From: Liolophura sinensis
Lineage: Eukaryota
Reading direction: 5' to 3'
Length of the DNA: 64,000 bases
NCBI RefSeq assembly: GCF_032854445.1
Contig: NC_088300.1
Span: forward strand, 60,534,969 to 60,598,968
In this document: positions 24,478 through 38,338 of the stretch, piece by piece
Position numbering within the stretch: the stretch's first letter is position 1
Layout of the letters: every line of letters starts with the position of its first letter
Notes under the pieces: model-generated
The model's database searches: none
What the model was told of the DNA's origin: nothing
The model's input: only the letters and a program-made list of their open reading frames with translations
Made by a program: the position numbers and the translations under genes

Positions 24478-24549
24478 CTCTGGGAAGAAATGTTGTGGAA
24501 ATTTGGCCTTCTCTTTTGTAGCAACATTTTCAATGTTACCGGACAACAC
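24478..24549 (-). CDS. INPP5A: INPP5A-like internal exon (phase 0 to 0)
   Basis: Acceptor tcgtttatcttag and donor GTAGGT. Translation VLSGNIENVATKEKAKFPQHFFPE versus human EIYSDTLESTPMLEKEKFPQDYFPE. Confidence 0.7.
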
Positions 24550-24958
24550 CTAAGATAAACGAATTTAATGAAAGCATGTATAACAAAATTTCAAGCTGAA
24601 GTCTTGTTTATGTGAGAAACCGAAAACTCATCACTTATGAGATGCAAAGTAGATGTTCAGCATTTTCAAGGTTTTCTAACTCTCTAGCTAGCATGCAGTA
24701 GTTCTCAATTATTCTAGTGTTAAGCAGTTTACCAGTGTACCATGCCATCTAATTAAGAAATAAGTGATTTCTTCCTCAAATAATGGACACCTTCCAATAA
24801 ATGCAATATACATATACGTGTACTACAACATGTCACACCTAGAAATGGTTTATTTCTACATGTATTGAGATGTATCATAAATCTCCACATTAAGCTAAAA
24901 CCTTAAAACAACTTTAACAGGCCTGCTTCAACTAAAACAGAATTTGTAATAAAATAAA

Positions 24959-25300
24959 AGAAAGAATGAATGAGTCAGTGCTTTATGGTTTAACATCGTA
25001 CTGAACAATTTTTGAGTCATATGATGACGAAGGAATCCTTAGAGTGCATGTAATGTGCCTCCTTGTTGCAGGACGGATTTCCACCGCTCTTTTATCTAGT
25101 ACTGCTTCACTGAGACGCCTTACCGAATGCAAGTAAGCCGCCCCACCCGAGCCATTATACTGATACAGGTCAACCAGTCATTGCACTATCCCCTTCATGC
25201 TGAACACCAAGCGAGGAAGTTACAACTTCCTCTTTTAAGGTCTTAGGTGGGACTCGCCCCAGAATTGACCCTGGATCTCTACCAACTATGCTAATGGGGC
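24959..25300 (-). mobile_element. SINE-B (B1) copy
   Basis: About 90% identical to 11113-11455 over its length (…ggacggatttccaccgctcttttatctagtactgcttcactgagacgccttaccgaatgcaagtaagccgcccc...). Confidence 0.8.
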
Positions 25301-27633
25301 CAGTAAGAATGAATGAAACGAACCACAAGTTGAGCCTACAATAGCCAACAATGCAAGTGGTTTTGTTTCCTTCTATTTCTCTATGTTTTCCCTCACACAA
25401 TTTTACCTCTTGGTCAACTGATAAACCCACAGGTCATCAGGTAAGGCGTTTATCGGTGCAGCTCTGCTTATCATCCTGCATTTCCCGTCATGTGCAATGC
25501 CCTAGTGGCATTTGTGACGTATGTGTTCTATCCTGCTCTCGTTGGAACAGAGTGAGTATATCATGGTGTTTATACTCACATTTATTTCAAAGAGTTCCAC
25601 TAAATACTTCTGCTTCTTTGTTGTTTTTTTTTTTCCCAGTTTATTTTTTAAACCCTATTCTGGCAGTAAAGCATCAAGTGCATGGTAGATATGTTCAGAT
25701 AAGATGCACTTATCTGTGGAGGAAGTCGGGATATTTCGCCTTATAAATTAATCATGAATGAGGTTATCTGAGGTCATCCAGACAATTTATTTATCAAATA
25801 TATTTATTCCTTTGAAATGGTGTTTAAAGGTTGTATGTATACAAGAGTTTTTCACTTATATTTTTTCACTTGTACATTATGGCCATCTGCCATAGAGGTG
25901 GAGGAATCTGGAGAGCAGCGTAAATTATAGCTCTTTTCCTTGAGTATATGTACACAGACATGGTCCAATCAAGGAAATTCTGGAAGTCTTGGAAGTTTCA
26001 TTCCAGCAAAATATTGCCTGTAAATAAACCTGATGTAAGAAATGATTGGATGAAGCATCTGACTTACCTCTTTCCCCTCCACAGGAACAAATCTAAACTC
26101 TGAAAAGATCAAAGTGGGTGAGGATATTAGCCCAGGGTAAGACAATCTAGGGGTTGTTTATACAAGCTGAAGGAGTACTGTGGTGACTGTGTATACAGAA
26201 GTCAGGCCAGGATAACTGCTGGCTTGTTATAGGGTTCATGGACAAAGACAGCAGGAGGAGTCTGACACTCATGATTCTAACCATCTTCTACTAGATAAAC
26301 TAAACAAAAGGGTGGGCGATATCAATTTCAAACTGTAACTGATGAGGGATGTTCAAAAGATAGGTGGTAGCCAAATGGTGTACATGATTGATTGCCAAAT
26401 TTTGGGGTCAGTGGTCTGATAAAGGACTGGAGCATTCCACATGGACCACATATTGTCCATCATGAAACATTCTTCAGACAAGTATAAATACCACTGGAGG
26501 CAAAGCAACCAATCTACCTGATACAAATGTGTAACTACATGTATCAAATGAAAAATTTTGATATTATTTTAAAATTATAATTAATGCGCAATCAAAAACA
26601 GTCTGAAGAACTTTACCTGGTAAAGAAATGACCTCTGGAAACTTTCATGTGATGTATCTGGAATCCCCTTGGAAAATGTTTCAACTTTATTTTCCAAAGG
26701 TCATTACAATAATTACAGTTAAATTTCCCAGTTGCATACCTTGGAAGTTCCAGATTTCAGCTTTTTCTACAGACTCATGGATGAAGTAGATATTCCCCAG
26801 TGCCTGATTAAGAAAACAACAGACAAATAAATGCATGTATAATGCATATCATTAAACTAACAAGGGACAAATCTTGTGAAGCTGGAGTTCCAACCACCAT
26901 GGAAAAAACAGTTTCACTAACTTGATGTATGGTAGGTACAAGTATTCTATGAACATCTAACTCTGCACTGGACAAAAATGCTTATCTGACCATAATGGCA
27001 AACTGACTATTACCAGATATGCAAACATTACAAATTTTACAGTTTATGGTAAACAGTTGACAGCTTTTCAGAAAATTAATCTTGAAAGCTGTGAAAGATG
27101 AAAGAGATTATGTGCCTGACTACCCATACATGTACACCTCTTAAGGCACTGAATCTGTCTCTGGCTGCCAGAGTTGTTCCCTTGGCCTGCTTAGACTCAA
27201 TGGCAGACTGACAGACCTACCGTAAATTTGTCGACTGCTGTGAAATCTTCATCCAAGAAAACCCTGGCACGGTCATACTTCTGTAAATCTTCACTGCCAA
27301 GTAAGGTTCTACCAAAAACCCAGAGAATTACAACAACTGGTTGTTCACATCATACTAAGTGGTGTATTAAATATAACCAGTGAAAACCTGAAAAGCTGAT
27401 AACAAAGCATTTGAGGAAATATGAAAAGCTAATTAAGCAATACATTAAACTCTTCTTCACACTACATAAAGTGCTTATAGTCAGTGTAAACCTGAGAATA
27501 ATGTAATTTCAGCAAATGAAGCTAAATAATGAACTATTGTACACAGTCTATTCAACTGCAAACATTGTTACAGTGTATTCTATTTGCTCAAAGTAATCAA
27601 ATAGTGTTTCAGAAGATGTTACTAAATAAATGC

Positions 27634-27927
27634 TGACAACAGTCACTTCCTGGTTTAATGGTTACTTCAATACCTTCAACACAGTAGAGTTATGAGACCA
27701 ACATAAAATCATATAAGCTGTGGGATGTTGGCAGCCGTATTTTGATGTGGCAAATGGGAGTATTAAACTGTGAACAGAGAAAAGTGATCTTGTGTTGTGA
27801 ACTCAGTGATAAGTTATAAACAGTGACAATGGTAGCAGTCCGTGGTTCCTGAAGGCTGTCAACTACAAGCAACTGCTGCTGTTTGAGGAAGACTATTTTG
27901 AAAACCTGGAAAAATAAAACTGAGATT
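27634..27927 (+). repeat. 5' LTR of the copia-like element
   Basis: Direct repeat of 30655-30950. The first roughly 230 bp are highly similar and the distal part is diverged. Confidence 0.6.
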
Positions 27928-28995
27928 TGGCGCCCAGTGACAGACTTATCATAGGCTAAACAAGCATTGGCAGTCTCCCTTTCTCTGACTTGTAAAGCCA
28001 GGCAACAAGGGATCGAAATACAGACTGACCATTTGGATAAGATGGAGGAATGGCGTTGTTGATTGACAAGCTGGACTCAGTATTTCAGAAGGAAAAGAAA
28101 GATTCCGCGTAATGACACTTACATGGCTGACTATATAATGGAGTTCAAGCAAATATAAAACAAGGCTAGAAAGCGCAACATGGCCTTACCTGATGCAGTT
28201 CTTGCAGTTGCTAGATAATGCAGGCCTTAGTATAAAAGAGTGACTGCTTGCTATTACTGCCTGTAATGAGCTGGTACCTTTGAATAGGTATAGAAAATGT
28301 ATCCGATGTGTAGTATGTCAAAGTGTGTTTCACTGGACAAAAGAATTCTGTGAATATCACCAGTGATGTAAACAGTACCGAAGAGGAACTGACAGAAGGG
28401 GAAACAGTAGCATGCAATACCCCATTTTTGCAAAAGAACAATATAGTGACTATGAAGTGTTTGTAGTAGAGGCCAGATCATGTGTTGTGACCGATACCGC
28501 ATATACCAGAGTTGTATGTGGTGCCAAGTCCGTTCCTTGCCAAGCCTAAAGCAGTTTAAATTTGGTGATAAGAAAGTAATACAGTCAGTCAAACAGGTGA
28601 CAACACCAGCACAAAGAGGTAGTACAACCTGTCAAATTTAAACAGAAGTTGTGCCAACAAACATTTCATTACTTTTGAGTAAGAATTCACTCAAGAAAGC
28701 TTGTACAGTATTAGACCTTAAAAATGACAAGGTAAAGATGTTTGATGAGCGTTTAGATCTAGAATTTACATCCAGTGGACATTACTGTACTGACAAAGTT
28801 TAGTTAGAGATAGTGATTCAGGTACATTACATTCCGCCACAGTTTTAAGCAGGGCTGGTAAAGCCACAGGTAATCTGAATAAACTATGGTATAACTTTCT
28901 GTATTCAAAGCCGTCAGATAGAGCTGGTGTAAAAGAATCTGTTGACTTCAGTAGAGGAACAGAATTTGAAAAGATAGAACAAATTAACCAAACTG

Positions 28996-30379
28996 ATGAT
29001 AGCATACTTGAGGTTAGTGATGTTGACATTCCTGAAGCCAAATCTACAGAATGAAAGAGTTGGATATATAATGATGTCTATGCAACTGTGTGTGACAAGG
29101 GACAAAAAATGTATTTCCACCAGGTGGATTTACACATTGAAAAACAGTCCTAATGGAATCATTCCCAAAGCAAGACTTGTTACTAGAGGGTTTGAAGAAT
29201 CCAATAATGAGGAAATTCCTAAGGACTCACATGCACCACTGAATCCCTCCATCTAATCTTGGCTATTCTAGCTCAGCAGAAATGGACTACCAGGTCAATG
29301 AACATTAAAACAGCCTTTTTACAAGGGTCTAGGTTATCCAGAGACATTTACATAAGACCACCAAAATGAGTGGGTGTCGTTTGGAAACTTCAAAGGTGTG
29401 TCTATGGTTTAGGAGATGGTACGCGAAAGTGCATGAGGTCATGGTCAGTGGTGCCCATGTCTCAGTGGTAAATCCAGTAGTGTTTTACTGGCCAGATGAC
29501 AAAGGCTCAGTAAATGGAATGCTAGCAAGCCATGTAGATGACTTAGTTTTGGGTGGAAATAAAAACTTTCAAACTTCTGTAATTTCCAATATTAGATTTG
29601 CTTTCAATGTTGGAAGGGAAGAGGAAGGAAATTTCTGAATGTAGGAATTGAGATTGGACGAGACGAAACTGGCAACATCATGCTGCATCAAATGCAGTAT
29701 GTTGACAGTGTGAATCCACTAGAAATGATGATCTGGGACAAAAGAGTTCACCATGACTTGCCATGAAGTGCACAAGAAGTGAACATGTACAGGTCAAAAG
29801 TTGGACAGCTTCTATGGCCAGCATGCCAGAGTAGACACATCCACTTTGTGTGGATCAGTCAAAAGTGCAACAGTTCAAAATGCTGCAGATGCCAACAAAG
29901 TGATAAAGAAAGTGAAATCAGAGCATGTTGTTCTGAAGTTTCGGTTACTCAATGAAAAGGCCAAGCTTGTGTCATTCAGTGATGCTTCACTGGGCTATTT
30001 GTCTGATAGAGGCACTCAATGAGGACACCTGATTTTATTGATGGATGAAGCTGGAAATTTCTGTGTGCTGCACTGGCAGTCAAAGACAATTAGGTGAGTG
30101 GTGTAAAGTACCCTGCAGCAGAAACCTTGGCTTTGTCTGAGGGAATTGACAACTGTATATTCCTGGCAACCTCATTCTCAGAACTCAGCTATGGATGAGC
30201 TGATCCCCTGCAGCTGCCCATTACATGTGTGTCTAACTGCAGGTCATTGTGCGAGGCAATCAAATCTACAAAACTGGTTTCTGATAAACAGTTTCCCATG
30301 GAAATTAGTGGTATTAAGGCACTCACGAAGAATCAAATCCAAGACATTCGGTACTGCCATTGCTGAAGACCTTGAATGA
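28996..30379 (+). pseudogene. Decayed copia-type pol (RT-RNaseH) with frameshifts and stops
   Basis: ORF fragments: WIYTLKNSPNGIIPKARLVTRGFEE (copia RT K-A-R-LV-(A/T)-(K/R)-G-F motif), MLASHVDDLVLGG (YVDD box) and LVSFSDASLGYLSDRG (RNaseH D.D...G region). They lie in different frames. Confidence 0.65.
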
Positions 30380-30654
30380 TGGCTTGTGGACTGTGAGCAA
30401 TCTGTGATTTCCAGGGATTGTGTCACAGTCATTTCATTCTGTTCATTTGACACTGCTACATGGACCTACATGATGTTCTTGATGACAGTGATTTCTGTGT
30501 TAGTGATATTGAACTCTGTGTTCATGTCAATAGTAATTATATTGTAATCCCATTGCCTTTGCTTATGCACACTTACAATAAACACAGACTTTTCCTTTGG
30601 GCTGTAAAGTGAAAGTCATTTTATTTCTTATGTTCCTTTTAAAAGAGGTGAGTT

Positions 30655-30950
30655 TGATAGCAGTCACTTCCTGGTTTAATGGTTACTTTAAAACCTTCAA
30701 CACAGGAGAGTTATGAGACCAACGTAAAATCAGGTAAGTCAAGGGAAGTTGGCAGGAAGTGAACAGTTGTATGTTGCTGTGCCAAATGGAGTATTAAAAC
30801 TGTGAAAGTGAAACTCTGAAACAGAGAAAGTGATCCTGTGCTGTAAACTCAGTGATAAGTTATAAACAGCGACAAATGCCAGTACCAAGATCATGACTGC
30901 TTTGGTTTCCGCACCAAAGCAGAACATCTACTCAACACACACATGTAACA
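30655..30950 (+). repeat. 3' LTR of the copia-like element (3' end approximate)
   Basis: Direct repeat of 27634-27927, preceded by a polypurine tract. Confidence 0.55.
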
Positions 30951-33900
30951 ATATGAATTTGTCTATTAAAAAACTTTTACACCACTTCGGAATTATATCT
31001 TCCAATTTTTAAATTCTTTGTTCTAATTCTTTTTATTCATTCTACAACACTATAAACTTTACACTTTATGTCCTTGTTTTCTAAATTCTTTTGTAACGCT
31101 TAATATTATGCTTTATTTATGATGGCCACAAGACAAATTCATTCTTCTTACAGGTGGACCTCATTGTAACAGTATAAAGCGTGCACACGTAAAATCACAT
31201 GTATATACATGTACCTGAGCTTTCACACCATGCTAATGGCATTTCCTGCTTTCAATCAGCATGCTATTTTTGACACAGAAAACATAAAAGCGGAAGATTT
31301 ATATTCCATTAGCACCAATAAACAGCACTTGCAGTCACAATTATACACATAATGGTACATTTTTATAAATATATCCAGAAATACCAAAATAGCTTAGAGC
31401 AACCTAAAGGACCTCATACCATAGTTGTAGTCAAAAATGTACTAGCATTTGTGAGTCTGTTTATAGTTACGTTTAGTGTAAACAAGGTGTTATACATGTG
31501 GTGTACAGTACCTGCAGCTGCGACCAACACCTGGTGTGATAGCCTGAATATCACCGCCAGTATACACCATTGTATGGATGAAGGTTACTAACAAAGCTAC
31601 ATGTACATGCAGTACTTTTGATAACAATACATAAATGTGTTGAAAATAAGACCATTCACCACACCACAATAATATATCACTGTGATCTATTGTGGTGGCA
31701 CAAAAAATTCTCGAGGAAAAATCCTCTGATTTTTAGAGACAAATATATGTCAGAAAACATGATGACTTTTGATGCCGAAGATAAAAATGTCCATTAAAAT
31801 AATTATACATGTTTATCATCCCACATGGACCTTCCAAACAAAGTAGGTCTTTCTAAGAGGAACAGAATACTCTCAGAATCTTGTCAAATGAGCAACTTAA
31901 CATAGCCACCTACAAAATTCTAGGTGAAATACAGTATGCACTTGAATGGTATTATTAAAAAAATTTTTATTACCTGGTGTTAGGCATTGCTTTTATTCTT
32001 ATTTTCAGTACTTCCATTTCCCCTAAAGTTGAGCATTTTTCTAGTAAGACATTTTGCTTGATTCTGACTGGTTCATCCACCTGAGGATCACTTTTTTCAT
32101 CCTCGGATAAATTAAGTTCTGCGTTAGACTTATCATTTTAAGGTCCATGTGTGCATGTGAAAATGTGAGATTTTACACACCAAACTTTAGGCGAAATACA
32201 GTTCATACATGGAGTAATGTCCACCACATTTTGTGTCTCTGTACAAATCAGTGGAAATTCCTAATCTAGCATATACACTTTTTCCTCAATGAAAGACCTA
32301 CAAAGCATTGATGATGACACTACACAACTGTAACATGTGAAACGGTCAAAGTGTAGTAGTAAGCTGGCCCTTTTCTCCTTTGGAAGATATATAGAGTAGA
32401 AGTGCATGAATCAATATTGTCAAATATATCTAAGACTTTAATACTGGGATTGAAACACAGTCTGTTTGTTTACAAAAAACACCTGATTTAAAATGATCAA
32501 GAGTCTTCAGAGAAATAGGAACTAGCTTTAAAAGCACCAAGTCACAGTCTATGGCTAACTAGAAACTTGCCTAAGTTAAAGACAAAAAACTAGCAGGACC
32601 AAATTGCTGTTATCAGAAGTGGATACAAAAAAGAAGCTTTCCAAGATTTACTGTCCTTAAAAAGTTGCTTAATATCCATTCATTCTGATAAACTTCAAAT
32701 GTCTCAAATGTTCTGCCATGGAAATTAGAAACACTAAGGTATATCGACGTGATGGGCTGAGTTAAACTCACACAGGCTTCCCATATAATCAGGCTTTCAC
32801 TGATTGATCTAAAGGGCTTATACCAATTCCACAGCGCTTCCGGCTTGTTCTATCACATAGGGACAAGAACAGCCCCGGGAGAAAGCCATTCGGAGTGGAA
32901 GACATGAAACGTCATGCACTAACTTAAAAAAAACTGAGAGGGAGCAGTTGACTAAAGCCACCGGAGGTTCATTCCGCCATCCTCACCTCATTTATTTTTT
33001 ACAGTTACATGTATCTACATACACAGAATTATGCTTTTACCGAAGATCATTCAATAACACTATTATATGTACATTTACACTATGAACATGTTCCAGTTCT
33101 TGGAAATCACTGTATTTTCAACACATGTTTACAATTATATAGAGCAGTTGGAAGATGGTTTATCAAATCAATTTCACTTGGAGCAGCTGGATGTTTTCAT
33201 GTATTCATAAATAACAAATAAACAAATATCAGAAATATACTACTCATTAATATTGATGCTTGCTTTGAAACAAATGCCAATGCATCATTAATCATGACAA
33301 CGATGAAGACAGAGGTATAAATGATAGTGTTCGGTAAGATTCCTACCAACATACATGTATGTCTGAAGGCTTGGCTCAATGACAATGGCTCAAGGACAAC
33401 ATGAGTATATATTATATGAGTAGAATATAGTCAGACACCTCTAGCTCGCCACAATGATATCTGGACAGATACATAATTAAAACAACAGATACAATCAGAT
33501 ACAATAACAGATTTAATATGTACATAAATTTGGATGTCACAGAGTACAGTTCTATTCCAAACAGTAATGCCTTGGGTCTGATAGCCTGACGGTGGTCGAC
33601 TTTCAGAAAACAGACAGCCAGCCTCTGGGCAGGGAAACTGATCAACAATGAATATAAATGTACTCGCAAACTATTCATGATTCTCCAGACAAAATGATGC
33701 AATATAATACACAGGACAGCAAAATCTTCTACTTAACAGAACATCTGCAAATTAAAAGGCACAAAACTACATTGGTTACATTAGACAGGCATCACAAATT
33801 ATCAGAGAAACGGAAAATTGGCATCTTAGTCGATACTGATGTTACTTCATGTATATTTCACATGGGTGCAATTTAATGTTGTACATTTATGCACATGATT

Positions 33901-33989
33901 CACAGGACGGCTTCATAAGTGGAAGAAACAAGCTTCCATCAGTTTCTGCCAATAAGAAACTGATTTTTCACATAAAAATTTGCTGTCAA

Positions 33990-34270
33990 AATTCCATTCC
34001 ATTCCAAATGGATGGCAAAAATCTTAGCAACATGGTCGGGACCATTTCCTTTGTACATGATATCAATGAAGTGTCAGGTACTGTTGATGTCTATGAAATA
34101 GTGTCAAACTGATGACCTTTCTCACGTGTGACAGACAAATTTTTACCTAGACAACAAATTCCATTCCATTGGTGGCAAAAATGGCCACACAATCGGAATC
34201 ATTTCCTTTGTACATGATGTCAATGGAGTGATGTACTGTTGATGTCCATGAAATAGTGGCATGTTTTAAT
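33990..34270. repeat. Local tandem duplication of a roughly 140-bp segment (2 copies, diverged)
   Basis: Sequence ...ccattccattccaaatggatggcaaaaatcttagcaacatggtcgggaccatttcctttgtacatgatatcaatgaagtg... is repeated as ...ccattccattggtggcaaaaatggccacacaatcggaatcatttcctttgtacatgatgtcaatggagtg... Confidence 0.7.
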
Positions 34271-34585
34271 GGTTTATTTATTTCACGCAAGCCTTTTTCA
34301 TGCTTGTCAGTTTTATGGATGGTGGGAACATGTATTAATGAACTTTCCTATGTGACGTACGTAATGTATTATAAACTACTAGTCATCCTTAAAGTGCAGC
34401 ATGGTCTTTTAGGAATTCACAAGCACTGTCAACTGTCTACTGTCACCAATGGACTGACGGACAATGAGAGTAGGTGCATGAATCCAGAAATTCCCCGCCC
34501 AGGACCTTGACTCAGGTTAGCTAATGGTTGATACGTGTAAGTGCTCACCTTTCCACCAAGCCAAATCTCACTCCTTAAATCTTTA

Positions 34586-34803
34586 GGTAATTCCCCAACT
34601 TTTTCGCATATGAAAGAGCAACTCTCAGTGCGATTTATGCACATTTTTAGTCTGATTTTGGAGGCAAAACTACATTGGTTGGACTGGCAAATTTCAGGGC
34701 TTAACAAAAAGTATAATTTTTTCAGTCTACACAGACATATGCCATCAGAAGATGCCTGAATAAACACCCTGCAAACCTTGTGAAAAGGATGAAGAATTAC
34801 AGT
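34586..34803 (+). mobile_element. Repeat family C copy
   Basis: Sequence taattccccaactttttcgcatatgaaagagcaactctcagtgcgatttatgcacatttttagtctgattttggaggcaaaactacattggttgg...gaagaattacag. Confidence 0.75.
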
Positions 34804-35829
34804 ATTGTCAATTTAAGACTTTTCACCTTTGGGAGTGATATGCAACGAAGGTACATAAATTATGGGAAAACATAGCTTCCTTCATACCTAGATAATATGA
34901 GTTCAATTATACCATATGGTAAAGTTTGGTCGAACTAAAAGCATGGGGAATATATATAGGCAAACATGCATGTGCACATCTATATAAGTGTAAGCGATAC
35001 ACGTTGGTATGAACGTAAAGTGCTGTGCGTCTCTGGAGAGAAGTGTTAACACACGCCAGATCAAATTTAATACTTTCATGCATCCAGCTAGAATCCACAA
35101 AAGCTTTCAGACATGTCTGAGCTGAAGACCGACTCTGGTTAGGATACCAATGTGTGTGTACTGTTTACACAGAAAGATTTATTAAGAGATTCTTGTCATT
35201 GGGGGGTTTGCTTTGGTGCTTGGATCAAGTTCTAACCAAAGCCCAGAGCTCGAACAACAACACTTCTTGATAAAGCAAAAAAGGGGTCAGTCATAACAGA
35301 ACTCTCCCTCGTCGGGAGATAATTGCTATGCGTAATCAATAGAAGTTACAGGACAACTCCCAGGATAGAGGTTTGCCAAATCTTGGCTGCACCCCGGAAA
35401 ACATTCTGACAACAGGAGTAAGGGAGAGGTAGTTAATGGGAGTTCTGACCCTGCCACTAACATCGGCCTGCACCTGTGTGTGTATCATATTGATCTAATT
35501 GGCTGGAGCTCGACAGACACGCCAGTCTATCATCATACTGGTATTTACACATTCTTCACCTCTCCCATTTAAATGTATGGGTCGTGGATGCAGCAACAAA
35601 AACACATCCTGTTCATCTTATGTCTTACAAACTTCCATTTTTTTTAGATTATTTTGTTTTTTTACCTTGGATGCAAGTATAACATGTACAACAAGATATA
35701 GCACATGTATACTTCCGATGCATTACAAATAAAAAAAACATCAACAGTAAAATTTTTACCTGTCAGTACAATGTACATGCATTTCGTTTAATCATTCCCT
35801 GAAACATTGATCTCTTTAGTATTAAACAC

Positions 35830-35989
35830 TAAAACTGTACAAAATGATTTTGGAGGCAAAACTACTTTGGTTAGGTTGGTCAATTTAAAGGCTTCATAAG
35901 AAGTATAATTTTATCAGTCTACACAGAGTAATGCCTTCTGAATATGTATGAATAAACACATGCAAACATGTAAAAAGAAGAATTACAGT
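35830..35989 (+). mobile_element. Repeat family C copy (5'-truncated)
   Basis: Sequence gattttggaggcaaaactactttggttaggttggtcaatttaaaggcttcataagaagtataatttt...gaagaattacag. Confidence 0.7.
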
Positions 35990-36271
35990 AAACTGCTTTG
36001 GTCATACACCCTTAATATCACTCCCTCCCTGTCCCCCACCCCACCCACCCACCCACACAAACACGCACAGCCTGACTACATAAAGTGCTGAACAGGTTTG
36101 TACAGAAATGCTACATGTAGTCAGGGTACAGTGTATCAGTTTTCTGCCAGCATGTAAGCCTTGTGAGTGCATATGTATGTCTTACAAACCTGAGGTAGAT
36201 CATGGTATAGCTCGTTTGCTGAAAACCTTCAATGCGATTCAGAGTAAATTAGTTGTCACCTCTAGGGAACA

Positions 36272-36444
36272 CCTGTAAGCCTTAAAAGAGTTGCCCAACT
36301 TTTCTGAAAACACCCCTTTGGAGAAAGTGTGGAGATCAATATTGTTCATGTTATAATACTGGAGCCAGGTGATACATGTACTTGATCCAAATAACCTTCG
36401 GTCAACATCATGTAACACGACACTTATTTTGGCACATATCAATT
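36272..36444 (-). CDS. INPP5A: Candidate INPP5A-like internal exon
   Basis: Strong acceptor (cacccctttgcag) and donor CAG|GTGTTC. The 57-codon open frame ...YYNMNNIDLHTFSKGVFSEKLGNSFKAY weakly resembles human ...LKNIYQFDFKAKKYRKVAGKEIY. Phase continuity with neighbouring exons is not established. Confidence 0.35.
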
Positions 36445-36785
36445 TCTGCAAAGGGGTGCTGCCTAAAATTGCATGCACCTATATTCAGAGTTGCACACAT
36501 AAGTCATGCTAGTAAGGTAAAAGCCTCCTGAGCTAGACAAAATGTCTCCCATAATCAACTGTAATATTAGGCTAGTTGATGAATTTGACCTATCCACTTA
36601 CACAGGGTATGTACATGCTTGTGGAATTGTATTTTAATACAACTGTTGGTAATGCAGTTTTTTCACTTTGGTATCAGTGCTGGTGGCAAAACTAGATTTT
36701 TTGCGCATTACATATATCCTGAAAAAATAACATTGCATTAAGACACTGTATGACCTGTTTCATGTGGCCTTACATGAAGCATACT

Positions 36786-36950
36786 GGATTCTTCTCCAGC
36801 CGAACACGGGAAAGTTTGTCAGTAACCTGCAGATGGGTATGGGTAATTTTCCCTGGGCCAGACTTCCTCCCACCATAATAGTGGCCACCGTTGTATAGGT
36901 GAAATACTCTTGATTACGGCGTAAAACACCAATCAAAAAAGTAAATATAT
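36786..36950 (+). mobile_element. SINE-A copy
   Basis: Sequence gtcagtaacctgcagatgggtatgggtaattttccctgggccagacttcctcccaccataatagtggccaccgttgtataggtgaaatactcttgattacggcgtaaaacaccaatcaaaaaag. Confidence 0.8.
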
Positions 36951-38122
36951 CTTACATGATGTATGCTCACCATCCACAAGCATGACCAACATGACATACA
37001 CCCTTTGCAGGTAACTTTATATAGGGAGTTATATAGGCTTTATATAGGGAGAAAATCTGTGCTCTCGTGGAAAAGTTCATCAACTTTTACTAGTCAAAGT
37101 TAATGTAAATACAAAGAACTGAAAAAACTTTTCTGCCTAAGCTTGAGGTATTAGATTTTCCCGTACAGATCAAGCAAGTTAAAATGTGTGCACGCCATAC
37201 TTCCAAAATACATGTGTAATCTCAAACAAACTTCATGTATACCCACACACACTGCACTTCATGCACACATAAAACGCCAAATGAGGTTGAAAACTTTGTT
37301 TTTACGATGGTACTTTCAAAGTATACATTTTTTAATAGTCCTTTTGTCCGCCAAAAGTAAACCACAGAGGAATGGTGACATACCGTAACCATGCATACAT
37401 AATAGCTGGAATGCACAGTGAACAATAACGGTTGGATTTAGAGTGCAATTAACGTCACAAATCCATACACATCCCCTTCACCATTTAATCGCTTTACAGG
37501 GCGATACCAAAATCTGACTATTACACAAAGAGATTTGTATCGAGTTAGTTTCTATGACAACCCAGCTGATAAATGCGCACTTGCACTTTGGAGACAGGCT
37601 TTTGCAGATTCACACAGAGACCATTAACACAAATAGATCTAACAGGAACAGTAACTGAGTTTGGTCACGTAAATGTAATCAGAAATGATACAAATCCTCT
37701 CAAACCAGTGACAGACTATCAATGCAGTCATCTGATATATAATCACATTATTATACCCTGAGAACACTCACTGTCGTGCACTTGAAAAAAAAAACTATTG
37801 GATTACGCTCCTTCGAACAGGGAGGTTAAAACGGAACTGTGTAATTGTTATACATTGTAATGGTGTTGATGTATAGCTCAGTTCAAGTTTCCAGACTATG
37901 GTCAGGTGTTTGTACTTATACAAACTGTGTCACTGTTTATTCCTGAACCTGTCAAATGATTCCAGCTACTAATCCTGTTAGCCTAGCTCTTTCCCGTAAT
38001 ATGTCCACAGGACAATGTGGCTGACAAATCAGGTTTTAAGAGAGCACCTGCCATAGGACAAGTTGTGAATATTTCAGATTGTTGGCAAAAAAGTTCCTGT
38101 CAATCTTTTTGCGTGCTGCATA

Positions 38123-38338
38123 CTGTAATTCCTTTTGCAGTGTTTTCAAGGTGTTTATTCAAGCATATTCTGAAGGCATTACTCTGTGTTGACTGATAGA
38201 ATTGTAGTTTTTGTGAAGCCCTGAAATTGGCCAACCCAACCAATGTAGTTTTGTCAACAAAATCAAATGAAAAATGTGCATAAATTGCAATGAAAGTTAC
38301 TCTTACATATGCGAAAAGGTTGAGGAATTCTGGGATAC
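38123..38338 (-). mobile_element. Repeat family C copy, abutting INPP5A-like exon 5
   Basis: Reverse-complement copy: ctgtaattcc...tagtttttgtgaagccctgaaattggccaacccaaccaatgtagttttgtcaacaaaatcaaatg...ggttgaggaattctgg. Confidence 0.75.

Larger units (their letters stand above)
27634..30950 (+). mobile_element. Degenerate Ty1/copia-like LTR retrotransposon, about 3.3 kb. It is internally deleted with a decayed pol, and sits antisense in an INPP5A-like intron.
   Basis: Diverged direct LTRs starting with TG (TGACAACAGTCACTTCCTGG / TGATAGCAGTCACTTCCTGG). There is a tRNA-type PBS TGGCGCCCAGTGA right after the 5' LTR, a purine tract aaaagaggtgag before the 3' LTR, and RT/RNaseH remnants between them. 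Confidence 0.7.
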
